From: Isurus oxyrinchus
Taxonomy: Eukaryota
Direction of reading: 5' to 3'
Length of the DNA: 64,000 nucleotides
NCBI GenBank assembly: GCA_026770705.1
Contig: JANJGN010000035.1
Location: forward strand, 13,578,001 to 13,642,000
Made by a program: the position numbers and the translations under genes. This document shows positions 49,512 through 61,999 of this stretch, one piece after another. Positions within the stretch are counted from its first letter, which is position 1. Every line of letters begins with the position of its first letter. The notes below the pieces were generated by a model, which searched no databases, was not told the DNA's origin, and saw nothing but the letters and a program-made list of their open reading frames with translations.

Positions 49512-50399
49512 CTGAACTCGAGTGTCAGGTATAGAGAAAGAGACCTTTCAGTCACTTGTCATGCATCTGTGGAACCAAGCATTGAGATCGACGGTTCTTT
49601 CTTCATGAAAATATGGGAATTAAGGAATGGTCAGGAAAGTGGGCAGCTGTGAACTTGCTACATCAACGTGCGGGTTTGAGGGACAGAACAGCTTCAAATT
49701 ACTGATAATCGATTCAGTAGTTGCCACTGTGCAGCGTTGTCGATACGCTAGAAGGATTGAGTTGAGACAGATGAGTTAAGTGAATGGTGTGGCAGGGAAA
49801 GGCTCAAGGGGCTTTAAGGCCTACATGCGCCACCAATATATTGCAACATACAATGATAAAGCCTGTCACAACCGCATCACGGCGACAATGGCAGGTTCTG
49901 TGATAAGGTACAGATCTTCCCCAACTGAGAATGGGTATTATTCATTAAACAAATATAATCTTTCTCACAGGCTTGCAGTTCCACACTAAACTCTCTTGCT
50001 TCTCAAGGAGCTCTTCCTAGCACAGGTCTCTCTGCATATTGATCAGAAACACTGACTTGTGGAGACTCCATTGTGATCTGGAAAGAGGAGTAGGCACAGT
50101 GAGGAGTCGTACATTATCTTGGCCTCTCTGTTCTCTCAGGACCATAGCTGGTATCAGTAGTTTCGCGGATGGTATCCTAAATCTCCGCATCAGAAGATAG
50201 TGAAATTTAGCTCCACTCCATATCCACTAATCACTCATTATCCACTAATATAATCGAGTTATATTGAAGAGTCATAAAGACCCAAAATGTTATCTCTACT
50301 TTCCTCTCCATAGAAGCTGTCAGTACAGCTGAGTTTTTCCAGATTTTTTTAAAAATGATAATCCAGTAACAGTGCTGGGCGAATGTGGTACAGATGCAA

Positions 50400-50900
50400 T
50401 CAGTAATGGGGGTTGTTGCACGGGCAGGGCATTAGCACTTGAAGGATGTGCGCCATTGCTCTGTTGGAGGGTGCGTGAAGGGACAGCATTGCTGTACTGT
50501 AGGATTGGTGCAGGGTGAATGCTGCACTGTCGGAGGGTCACTACAGTGGGATCAAAGCCCTGCTGGAGTCTCACTGCAGTGGGAGCGCCACACAATCGGA
50601 GGGTAGCTGCATTGTGAGCGCCGTCCTGTCGGGTGTTTGGTGAAGGGGTGCTCCACCCTACCAGTGGGCCGGCGCAGGTGGAGCACAACCATTGAGCAAG
50701 GTCTGTGCAGGGGAAGTGCTGCACTGTCCGAGGTGCTACTTTTGCAGCAGACTATAAACTATGACTATGACTGCAGTCTCATGATTATTCGCTCGTTATC
50801 AGATTGCTCTCTGTGGACGTCTGCACGTGCAAATTGATTGCTACATTCCCTACATTACACCTTTGACCACAGTCCGAAAGAATCCTCATAGACTGTGAAA
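50400..50900 (+). repeat. Degenerate ~33-bp minisatellite running into a Deu/SacSINE-like body
   Basis: Units of gctgcactgtcggagggtcactacagtgggatc with period 33, ending in gtgctgcactgtccgaggtgctactttt and then a SINE 3' part. Confidence 0.6.
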
Positions 50901-51224
50901 CAAAAATAATAAATGCTGGAAAAGCTCAGCAAGTGTCACAGATTCTGTGAAGAGACAAATGGCGTCAACATTTCGTGTTCATATGACTCTCTTAGCTCTG
51001 AAATGTTTTCCCGCTATCACAGAATTTGGTACATTGATGCAAGTGTTCCCCCCATGCAGCTGTACGTACACATTGACGAGCACCCATGGCAACCAGAATT
51101 CAGCAGCAGGATACAAAAAGCCAAAACATTTACCGAGGATTCAAGGGGCTTCTTTCAAAACTGTCCAAATTGCAAACGTCGTATTTTTGATTAGCTGGAG
51201 ATTAGGATAATCTCTCTATCACAG

Positions 51225-51500
51225 CATTCACATATTCTGAACCTGGTGCGAACATATTTATTGAAAGACAGCACCTGACACGCCACCATTACCGAGCCAA
51301 AGGACTGAGCTGCGATGGACACTGAATCCTGTCCGCCCAGAAAAACAGAGCAGGAAAGGCCGAGGCTCCAAACTGGCCTTGTTCTCAATTTCACAGTCCT
51401 GATGGGGGAGCAAGTGATTCCGGGCTTTACAAATGGAAAGTTACAGGATGCTACGGCTATATCATATATACACAACACTCTAACCTCGCCCCGAGAATTG
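51225..51500 (+). pseudogene. Decayed Ig C2-type exon (CD4 D2-like), opposite in orientation to the minus-strand remnants
   Basis: tctctctatcacag| phase 1; one frame reads SEPGANIFIERQHLT...GH*ILSAQKN...ASDSGLYKWKV. TGA (51323-51325) lies at the C-strand Trp position; the DxGxYxC motif has C changed to W. Confidence 0.6.
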
Positions 51501-52059
51501 TGCCTAATTCCTAGACTCCACACTTTCAGGTGGATGTCCGGACTTTGGAGATGTTGGGGAAGAGTTTTGACCAGGATGGCATCAAGGATCATGGAACGTG
51601 GAAGGATAAGAGAATCTGTGAATGTTCTCCTTAGACCAGAGAATGTGAACAGGAGATTTAATCGAGGCATTCAGAAAATTGAAGGGGTTTTTCTTTGAAG
51701 AGGGAGCAGGAGATTGTTTACAGTGGCTGGAGGTTTGGGGAGCAGTGGGTCCAGCTTGGATATAATCCTTAATAGAGGCAGAAGGGGGTGTAGGAGCTAT
51801 GTTTTCTTTTATACAATGAATTGTTAGCATACTGGCTGAAGCTGAAAGTTCAGTTTTAACTTACAAAACAGAATTGGATAAATACTTGAAGGCGATAAAC
51901 TTGACAGGGCTGAGGGGCAGAAGCACATGGGGGATGAAGAGCAAGGGCTAGTGGCATTTTGTGCGGGGTTTCTTCCTTGCACCACATTATTCCATGAGAA
52001 AGTGTGCTTTTCTTTTGTGCACTGCCACCCGCAATCGTGTGGCATCCCGCCGTGCTCTC

Positions 52060-52420
52060 AAGCCGCTTTTGGAAGTGCTGTCATTTAAGCATTGTAGAAA
52101 ATGTGCTGCCGCGCCTTCCAAAACAATATCCGACACATATCCTCGGCAAAACTGCCAGATAATCTGTTTTAGTGAAGCTGAATGAGGGATAATTTTTGGC
52201 CCATCGACCAGGGGCGATTTGGGTGGGCGGGGTTGGACGGAGATATGAGCTCATTGGCTCTTCTTAACAATTGCACCTGTATGAACTCGTTACACCCACG
52301 ATTAACTGCAGGGTCTCGGATTTATGTCATAGTAAAGACTGCACGACCCAACAGTTCACCACTCCAACGGTGTTGGGACTTAAGGAGTGAGCTAAAGGTT
52401 TTCTGCTCGAGTCTCTGTAC
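52060..52420 (-). mobile_element. Deu/SacSINE-like SINE
   Basis: ccagataatctgttttagtga..gagggataatttttggcc..tctcggatttatgtcat..ctgctcgagtctctg. Confidence 0.55.
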
Positions 52421-52849
52421 GCAGTACCATACGAAGTAGGTAGATTGTAGGCCACTCTGCCCCTCAAGCCTGTTACATTATTCAAGAAGATGATAGCTGA
52501 TTTGCATGTAACCTCAGCCCTACATAACTGCAGGCACCCGAGAAAATTTCACCCCCTTATTTTCAAAGTTCTATCTAGCTCTGCCATAAAAAAATATTCA
52601 AATACTCTGCTGCCACGGCATCTTGAGGAAGGTAATTCCAAGGTTCTCGATCCCCTGAGAGAAAAATAATTATTTTCATATATTTCTTTAATGGCGAATG
52701 CCGTATATCTAAACAATGGCCCACATTTCTAGTTTCTCCCCCTAGACATGGGAAGCTCTCCATAATCATACATTGGAGAGCTGCCAGAGGAGAGGAGTAC
52801 AGCACATATGCTATCATTATTCCAGGAGGTAGGAAAAGATTAACATGGA

Positions 52850-54125
52850 CATTAGCATGGATTCGTTTTGGGGAGGCCAGGTCTGACCAACTTGTTTGAA
52901 TTCTTTGAAGAGGTGACCAAGTGTGTCGATGAGGGTAATGCAATTGACGTAGTCTACTTGGATTTTAGCAAGAAACTTTATAAGGTCCCAGCTGGGAGAT
53001 TGATAACGACGGTAAGAGCCCATGGGATCCAAGGGAATTGGAAAAAATCGGATCCAGCATTGGTTAAGTGGAGGAAAGCAGTAGGTGATTGTCAAGGGGT
53101 GTTTTTGTGACTGGATGCCTGTTTCCAGTGGAGTTCTACAGGGATCGGTGTTCGATCCCCTGCTGTTTTTGTTATGTATAAGCGATTGAGACCAGAATGT
53201 AGCAGGGCTGATCAATAAGTCGCGAGTCACATGAAAAGTGGTGGGGTGGTAAATAGTGAGGAAGATAGCTTAGATTAGAGGAAGATATTGACAGACTGGT
53301 TAGCTCGGCTGAACCGTGGCGAATGGTATTTAATCCAGAGAGGTATGGGGTAATGCAGGGCAAACAAGCCTGGGGAATACACGATGAAAGGTCGGGCCTT
53401 GGGAATTACCGGGAATAAAGGGGACCTTCGTGTGCATGTGCACCATCAGCTTATTGTAATGGGACAGGTAGATAAGGTGGTTAAGAAGGCAAATGATATA
53501 TTTGCCTTTTTAAAATGAGGCATAGACTATAAGAGCACGCATGTTATGCTGGAACTGTGTTATACAATAGATGGGGCACAGCGAGAGTATTGAGTGCAGT
53601 TCTGGGATCTGCATTACAGGAAGGTTGTGATAGCACTAGAGAGAGTGCAGAGGAGATTTAGCAGGATGTTGCCAGGGCTAGAGAATTTTAGGCATGAGGA
53701 GATATTGGGTTTACTGGGGTTATTTTACCTGAAGTAAGGAGATAGAGTTGGGACATGATTGAGTTGTATAAAATTATGAGGGTATAGATAGCGTACAGAG
53801 GAATGTGTTTATCCCCTTGGTGGAGTGATCAATAACCAGGGTGCATAGATATAATGTAGGGGCAGGAGGTTGAGAACTGATGTGTCAAGAGATTTTACAC
53901 CCAGAGTGTAGTAAGGGTATGGAACTGGCTGCCATTCGGAGAGCAGAGGCAGAAACCCTCATAAAAATTAAGAAATATTTTTATGGGCACTTGGAATTCC
54001 ATGGCATAGAAGTCTATGGATCTAGTGCTGGAAAATGGTAGTAATTAATCAGGCAATTGTTTGACCAGTCTCAGTCTCGATGGACCGAAGGACGTTTTTC
54101 TGTGATCCAGAGCTCTATGACTCCA
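52850..54125 (+). mobile_element. CR1 LINE RT-to-3' end fragment
   Basis: LTNLFEFFEEVTKCVDEGNAIDVVYLDFSK; ggagttctacagggatcggtg (GVPQGS-like); tail ctctatgactc. Confidence 0.92.
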
Positions 54126-54129
54126 TAAA

Positions 54130-55500
54130 TCCATGCCTCTCTTACTCTATTAAATTCCAACGGATAACAGCCTATCTTGTCCAATCTTTCTTCATAAGAC
54201 AACCCATTCATTCCACGTAGTAATCTAGTTAATCTTCTCTTCTAACTGCTTCTAAAACATTTACATTGATACTTAAATAAGACGACCAGTACTGTGCACG
54301 GTACTGAATGTGGTCACACCAATGCCCTGTATAACTGAAGCATAGCTTCCTAATGTCTGTAATCAATTCCCCATGCAATAAGTTATAACATTCTATTAGC
54401 TTTCCTAATTACTTGCCGCACTTGCATACTAGCCATTTGTGATTCATTCATTTGGACATCCAGATCTCTCCACATCTCAGAGCTCTGCAATCATTTGCAA
54501 TATGGATACTAAGCTTCCGTTTTTATTTTTCCTTTCAAGTGGTCAATTACAGAATCATGCCAATCGGAAATTCACAGGAATCGCAACTTAATTTAAGGCC
54601 ATAAGGAGCAGGAGCAGGAATAGGTCATTTTCCCATCGCCTCTGCTCTGCCATTCAATGAGATCATAGCTGGTCTTTTCATATTCAATTCCACTTCGATG
54701 TCTTGTCCGCAGAACCCTTGATTCCCTGAACAAATAAATATCTGTCTATTTCTGCGTTGAACATGCTTAAAGACCCAGCCATTACAGCCCTCTGCGGTAT
54801 AGAATTCCACAGATTGACGGCTCACTGAGAGCCTAAATTCCTCCTCATCTCTTTATTTAATGGTCGCCCCCTTATTCCGAGTTTATGCCCTGTTGCCCTA
54901 GATTCTACCACAAGCAGAAACAGACTCTCAGCATCTAAACTGTCAGTTCCCAATATGCTTCAATAAGGTCGTCCGTCATTCTTCTAAACTCCAATTAGCA
55001 GAGGTCCAGCCTGCTCAAGATCGACTAATAAGAAAATCCCTCCAACCCTGAGAACAAATTTGCGAAACTTCTCTGGACAGCCTCCAATGACAGTATATGT
55101 TAAATTAGCTAACGGGTATTTCACAGTATTTCAGGTGTAATCTAACTAGTGCCTCGTATGAATTTAATAATGCTTCCCTAATTATTATCGTATACTCTGT
55201 GAACGAAAGGACAACATTTCACTTGCCTTACCTGTTACTTGATGAATGCATACGCAAGATTTTTGGGATTCATGGACGAGAACCCCCAAATCCAGCTTTG
55301 CTTTCGCTTTCGGCCGTCTTTTTCCATTGAAGTAATATTCAGCTCCTCCATTCTTCCTCCAAAAATGTATGAAACATACTTTCTCACATTGTCTTCCCTC
55401 TGCCTCGATTTTGTCCACTCATTTAACCTTTCTATATCCCCCTTTATACTCCTGGTGTCATTCTTGCCACTTTGTCAACCCTCCTATTTTTGTACCGTAC
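54130..55500 (-). mobile_element. Two CR1 LINE 3' fragments
   Basis: ORF 55185-55418 (CFIHFWRKN..DLGVLVHESQK); tail cataaggagcaggagcagga at ~54600. Confidence 0.8.
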
Positions 55501-55501
55501 C

Positions 55502-55890
55502 ATAACTGCTGTTGGGGGAACTCACAGCGTCGCTGCTTTGCCGTATTTGTGACCAGCAGCATCAACGACGCATAGCCTCGTGTCCAGGACGATCCCAGAA
55601 GGTTTGACTTCGATTTATCCCCCTGAAGAAATGACCGTTAATACTCAACGTTAAAGACCAGAAGACAGAGCGCAACTCCTTCAATGCATAAAAGCCAGTG
55701 GACTTAGCGATGAATGGGGGAAAAGGTAGAAGGATCCAGAAGGCGAGCTGGGTTGGGAGAAGCTACCTTCAGTAATAAAGGCTTCACTTTACGGAAGAGG
55801 GAGGATGCAGCACCGAAATGAAACCCAAGCTCTGGCTCTTGATGAATGTGTTCGGAGATTTACCACCGAACGGACGCAAGAACAGAAACT
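55502..55890 (+). pseudogene. Decayed Ig V-type domain (LAG-3 D1-like)
   Basis: AVGGTHSVAALPY...AQLLQCIKASGL, then after a frameshift RRAGLGEATFSNKGFTLRKREDAA; compare human LAG-3 D1 AQLPC...PRVQLDERGRQRGDFSLWLRPARRADAG. Confidence 0.55.
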
Positions 55891-56025
55891 GTTCTGTGCG
55901 TTTGTTAAAATAAACCCCTACAGATCAGCCACTCATCCAGCTCCGTTCCCACACATTTTATTTTCCGTCCAAAACCAAAGCAAACCCGAGAGAAATGTCC
56001 GAAGAGTCTCCTTTTCTCCCTGTAG

Positions 56026-56320
56026 ATATCGAGGCTCTGGTTTTCCCGAATTCTGTCACAGATCTGGAATTGCTATCGCAAAATCCAGAAATAGCACCAA
56101 ACGAGATTCCTTCCAGATTGTGGAATCAAAACATAAAAATAAAATAGGGACGCAATCCCTCCAGACCCAGGATAATCTGAAAAAGCATGATTTTCTTCCC
56201 GTTATTCTTGGGTGAACTCAAAGAATCATATCCCCTACTTTCAAATCCAAGGTATTCTCAGTATTTGTTGAAAGTCAGGGCTCACTTCCTTCGGCTACAA
56301 GCTGAAGCCGAAAACGAAGG
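56026..56320 (+). pseudogene. Decayed Ig C2-type exon (LAG-3 D2-like)
   Basis: Strong acceptor tccttttctccctgtag| phase 1; one frame reads IEALVFPNSVTD...EIPSRLWNQN..*..*..FPLFLGELKESYP....RY...LKVRAHFLRL; no cysteines remain. Confidence 0.4.
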
Positions 56321-58829
56321 TTTCCCTCGTCAAACAGAGTCAGACCGACTCGAAAGATTAACTTTGTTTGTCTGTCCACAGGTGCTGCCAGGCCTCTGGC
56401 GCATTTCCAGAATTTTCTGGTTTTGTTTCAGATTCCTAGCATTAGTGTTTCACTTTGATATTAGAAAAATCAGGACAGCTTTCCTTTTGCCATACACGAT
56501 ATTTAGCAAGAAAATGGGATTTAAATTCCTTTTCACAACATAGGATTTTCTCCCCTCTTTCTTGGCTAAAGAAGAGACTGAAAATTTTAACACGTTCATC
56601 AAATTCAATAGCCCAACTCCACCAGCAGGAAGTGCTGGAGTCTCCACCGTGAAAAAGTAAAATACAAACAAGCAGCAGGACTAGGTCATTCTGCCGCTCG
56701 AGCCTGGTCTAGTCTTCAATAAGATCATGACTGGTCTGATAGTAGCCTATATTCGGCAGTCCGGCCTACCCCCATTAACCTTTCACACACTGACTTACCA
56801 ATCAAATATTCAACTCTGCCTTAAAAATATTCAAAGACTCTGCTGCAAAAGCATTTTCAAGGAGAGAGTTAAGAAAAAATGCTTCACCTCCGTTTAAAAT
56901 GAAGGAGCTCTCAGTTCCAAAACCGACACCTAGTTCCGGATTCTCAGAGCAGAGGAAGCATCCTCTCCACATCCATCCTGTCAGGACCATTCAGGTCTTT
57001 TAGGTTTCAATCAATTCGCCTCTTACTCTTCTAAATTCCAGTGGACACAAGCCTGCCCAACGTTTCTTCATAACAGAACACACCCATTGCAGATGTTAGT
57101 CTGATAAAACGTGTTAAAGTGCTCCCAACGCATTTACATCCTTCCTTAAATAATGTGACCATTTTTGTACACTCGACCCTGGCCCTCCTCCCTATCAAAT
57201 CTGCTGAGCTTCTTCCCTCTCCCCCACCACAATACCTCCCAAAGGAGACACATGGGGGAGGGGAGCAGTGTGCTGTGTAAGGTCAACCAGGGAGGTCGCT
57301 CCCAGTAACAGTTTGAGACTGGGGAAGTTGAGATAGGGTCTGCCCCCCAGCCCTCACAACTTTTTCCTTCCCTTCCACAACGACCACCCGGTCCTCTCGC
57401 AGTCAGCGCTGCGCTGTGGAAAGCCGCAGCATGAGGGCATCGCGAAACGCTGCGGTGACATCCTCCGTTCCCGGGAGAGGCAAACTCCGCGACCACCTTT
57501 CGCTCAACAATTCAGGCAGTACCCGGGACGTCAATCACCAAGCCCCGCCGGGCCCCGCCGACTGGCCCCGCCCATGAACACAACCATTCTGGCAACACCC
57601 TGAGAGAGATAGGGGGACTGATGAACTTGGACTACCCGTTCAATTATTAGTTACTCAGGACTTTTCAATTCGCGGCCTATCTCCGAAATGTATTTCATTG
57701 TTCCAAATGTTCCTCCTACTTCTGCAGCTCCTCTCTCGCCTTAAATTCGCAATTGAAATAGCAGCCCCTCAGAATCCCCCTGTTTCCCACGGCGAAAATG
57801 GAACAGACCATTCTTGTGAATTCCACCATTTAATACAATAGGTGTGTAATTACCCGAGTGCTGTTGCAATCTTTACACAGGCGTTCTCTCTATCATCTAC
57901 TTACACCTTTCAAACATAGATTAGAAATAATTTAATTTGCAGAAAATAGGATTCTCTAAATTTCAATCACTTTCATATCTTAGATGTGCATTTTAAATTT
58001 CAGACCCAGTAACCCCCTTCCTTAATTAAGGAAGAGTTTGTTCCCAGTAGAACAGACAGAATGTGAGGAATTGGAGAGATCCAACTGACAGGGGAGTAAT
58101 GTCATACCATGACAGTCTTTAATTCAGGTTGTCCACAGAATATTAATTAATGAGAGCTATTATCATGAAAGTTTTGGCAATTTATTAGCACTTGCGAGAA
58201 AATCTAATTTACCTTTAAATGGGTTTCAATTATGACATTTTTATATTTTCCGGACAACCCCGCTGCTACGAATTTAGAATGAGCCGGTTGCACTGAGAGC
58301 GCGTTTTCACGTGAAGTCGTATTGTCGGTCACGTGCCCTTCTTCCATTAATTCTTGTTCCCTTTCGGTTCCAGGTTGTTGGTTTTAAATATATATTCAGC
58401 CTGGAGGGATGAGGGCACCTGAGCAAGCAGGAAAGTGGAATTTAGGCCACAATAAGATCAGCTCTGATTGGAGGAGGGGCACCATGTGGCTTAAGCCCTT
58501 ACCTCTGCTCATATTGCTAAAGCTTTGGTTGCCAGACGATGGCGGTGTGGTGTTGATGTCAGTGAACTCATAATCACGAGATTCAGGCTGATGTTCAGGG
58601 GTCATGGTGGAATTTAATGGGTATCGGTGGAATTTGAATACATTTGCCAATGCTACCTTTTGCAATAGTACCACTTTTGATCGATTTCTAAGACACAGAA
58701 AAACATCCCAAAACATTCAAATGCTCTCATCCAAAAATAATGCCTACTTATGTGAAAGAAGACAATCAATTCGAAATAAAAGCCGAGTTTAATAAGGGTA
58801 TGACAAGTACGGACAGAATTTGATGCCCA

Positions 58830-60190
58830 TCTCCTTCTGAACTCCTCTAGTCCCTGCAATACTCCCTCTCTCTATAACATCCTCCTCCTCCTGCAACTCC
58901 CACTGCGTCTGGCGCCTGATTTAGCCGCAACAGCGAACTGTAAACACTCCCAGGCCCTTTATTTGTACGCTGTTCATAGCCATACAAACAAACTTTTCCT
59001 CAAGCCTCTACCGAATGCTGAAAACGTTCTTATCCCTTTAACCACCCCCAGGCACAACAACATTCCCTATGTTTTTAACCTCCTTTAGCACCTGCAAACT
59101 TCCCTACAGCTTTACAATCAGTCAACCGCTCCCTTCTCATGAAATCTGTTCAGGCCCGGTAATCTGACCTATAATCGCATAATCATTCAGCCTCTACAGT
59201 ATTTCCTAACACTATAATATCCTCCAGACAACAAGGGATAATCACTGTAACCTTCTGCAGCACAAAAATATCCTCCCTATCTCTGAATCACTCTCCAACT
59301 GCTACAGCTCTCCCAATGCCTGTAACATATTCTAGCCCGACAACACTTCCTTCCTCTGTAAACTCCTCTAAACCCTGAATTTCCAACTTAACAGTGAAAC
59401 CTCCTACAGCATCTGCAACTGGTCCTCTGCGTTAAAACTTCACCTGTCACTACAATTCTCAGTAACTCGGCGACGTCATCCAGCAACGTCCCCCCTTACT
59501 GACTCTTTAACCTCCATCATCCACATATGGATGATTATCCGTGCGAATCCCTCCAGTACCTGCAAACCACCCTATTTAATTTAACTCTTCCAGTTCCTGC
59601 AACGCTACCTATCTCTATAATATCCTATAGCTCCTAGAATGCCCATATCTCTGTATCCTCCCTGCAAAACATAATCGCGTCCTATCACTGTAATTTCCTG
59701 CAGCCCCTGAACCTTTCCTATCTCTGTTAACAACTGTAGCCCTCACAACTCCTCTATCTGTGCAACCTTCTTTAGCTCCAACAATTGTCTCTATCTGTGT
59801 AAACTCGTCCAGCCCCTAGAATGGTGGCTACATCTGTAGCATACTCTAGCCATCCCCCCCCCCCACCACAACCCTTTTTATCTCTGTTAATTCGTCCAAC
59901 CGCTACGACATTCCCTATCTGTATAAGCTCCTCCAACACCTATATAACTCCTTATTTCTGTAATATCCTCCAGCCTCTCCAAACCTCCCAATCTCTGCAA
60001 CCTGCTTCAGACACTGCAACCCTCCCTATTTCTGAAAGTTGCTCCAGCCACTACAACCATTCCTTGCTCCGTAACTTAATGAAGCTCCAACATCCCTCCG
60101 TATGTCTGTAACCATCGCTGGCCTCCACAACTCTTCCTATCTCTGTAGCCCCGTGATTCCCCTACAGCCCCCCTAACACTGTAAACTAAG
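58830..60190 (+). repeat. Degenerate ~37-bp minisatellite (paralogue of 5750-7930)
   Basis: cctatctctgtaa..ctcc..cagccc..acaa units. Confidence 0.85.
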
Positions 60191-60449
60191 TCAAACACCC
60201 TTTCATTACAAATTTGCTTTCACAGCAAGCATGGTATTTGCAACTTAGTTGAAACGTTTTCATATTGCAGTATTAACGACATTTTTTATAAAAGTCATTC
60301 AATTTCGGTATCTTATGTTTGGCGTATTATATTTGGTTAAATGCAGTTTTCCCTTATTTATTTATTGAACAATTGCTCCCTTAAGGCACAAGTTCTCACA
60401 AAACACAAAATCGCAGGAAGGAGCTTTTCCCCACAATTATTTAGACTGG

Positions 60450-61530
60450 ACGAAATGCAGTGGTAAGTAAGGCACAATGGTTTAGGGGTTATGTTTCTGG
60501 ACTAACAATTCAGGCCTCAAAAGTGTAGGGATTATGTTAGTGGACTAATAATCCAATGTACAGGAGAATAGGGGTTATGCCCTGGCATAATATTCCAGGG
60601 TACAGTCGTTTAAGGATTATGTTACTGGACTTAAGATCCAGGATACTTTAGTTTAGGGGTTATGTTACTACTAGGGTACCAGAGTGGAGAGGCTGTGTTG
60701 CTTGTTTAATAAACCAGGGTATAGGAGTGCAGGGCCTATGTCATTGGACCATTTATCCACGTTACAGGAGCGTAGGTCCTATATTACTGGGTTAATAATC
60801 CAGAGTAGATTTATCTAGAGATTATGAAACTGCAATAATATTTCGGGATAAAGGTGTGTAGATCTTATGTTACTGGGCATAGTATTATTGGGGTTATGTT
60901 ACTCCACTAAATATCCAGCATACAGTCGTATTAGGTTTGGGTTACTGGAATAATAATGCAGGGTACAGCAGTGTAGTGTTGGTGTTACTTTACTAATAAT
61001 CAATGGAAAAGTTGTTTAATGGTTATGCTACTGAAAATATAATCCAGGGCATAATATTATAGCGGTAATTGTACAGAACTAATAACCCAGGTTACAGCAT
61101 TTTAACGGTTGTGCTACTGGACTAATAATAGAGGGTAAGAGTGGGGCAGGGATTATTTTATCAGACTAATATCCCAGGTTACATTAGTATTGGAGTTATG
61201 TTACTGCATTAAAATCAAGGGTACAGTAGTGCAATGGTTATACTACTGGACAAATAATCCAGGTTAAAGTAGTTTCGGCGTTGCTACTGGCTTATAATTC
61301 AGGGCACAGTAGTGCAGGGATCTTTTTTACTGGAATAATAATCCAGTGTGTACTACTCTGCGGCGTTTTTTACTGGGCTAGTAATCCAGGGTACAATAGT
61401 GTAGTGGTTAGACTGCACGATGTCTAATCCAGAGTACAGTAGTATGTGCGGTACATTACTGGACTGATGGTCAAGTTTTCAACAGTTAATTGGTTGTGCT
61501 ATTGGATTAAAAAGCAAGGGTACAGTGGTG
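60450..61530 (+). repeat. Degenerate 43-bp minisatellite (paralogue of 8170-9820)
   Basis: ttatgttactggactaataatccagggtacag units. Confidence 0.9.
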
Positions 61531-61980
61531 TCGATATTTTTCCTACTTTACAGGATGAAGGCGACCCTGGCTGTGTCAGCATTTATTGCCCCTCCCTTAT
61601 TGCCCTTGAGAAGATAGTGCTGAGCCACATTCTTGAACAGCTGTAGTCCCTGCAGTGCATGTTCTCCCATATTCCTGTTAGAGGGGGAGCTGAATATTTG
61701 TGATCTAGCAATTGAGAAGGAATGGTGATAAATTTCCAAGATAGCTTGGTGAATGGCTTGAAGCGGATCTTCCAGGTGATGGTATTTCTAACATTCCCGT
61801 ATATTTAAAGCACGTGTCGCTAACGATAGAGAACACTACAATGTCTATAGCAATAAAAAAATTAAAGAGCATAAATATGAGAATTATTAACTTTTTCATG
61901 TTAAACACATACCGAGGCAGTGGTGTTCTAAGTATTCACTATCTCGAATGAGGATTGAATAATCAGTTGTTAAAAGTAAC

Positions 61981-61999
61981 CTGATGGGATGTGTTCCTC
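61981..61999 (-). pseudogene. Candidate 19-nt micro-exon (EEHIPS-G)
   Basis: aacag|GAGGAACACATCCCATCAG|gttact; paralogue of 10279-10297. Confidence 0.3.

Noticed and set aside
55526-55622. Minus-strand exon bounded by ttcttcag and GTGAGT
   Set aside because: The translation is uninformative and it overlaps the better-supported plus-strand LAG-3 D1-like reading.
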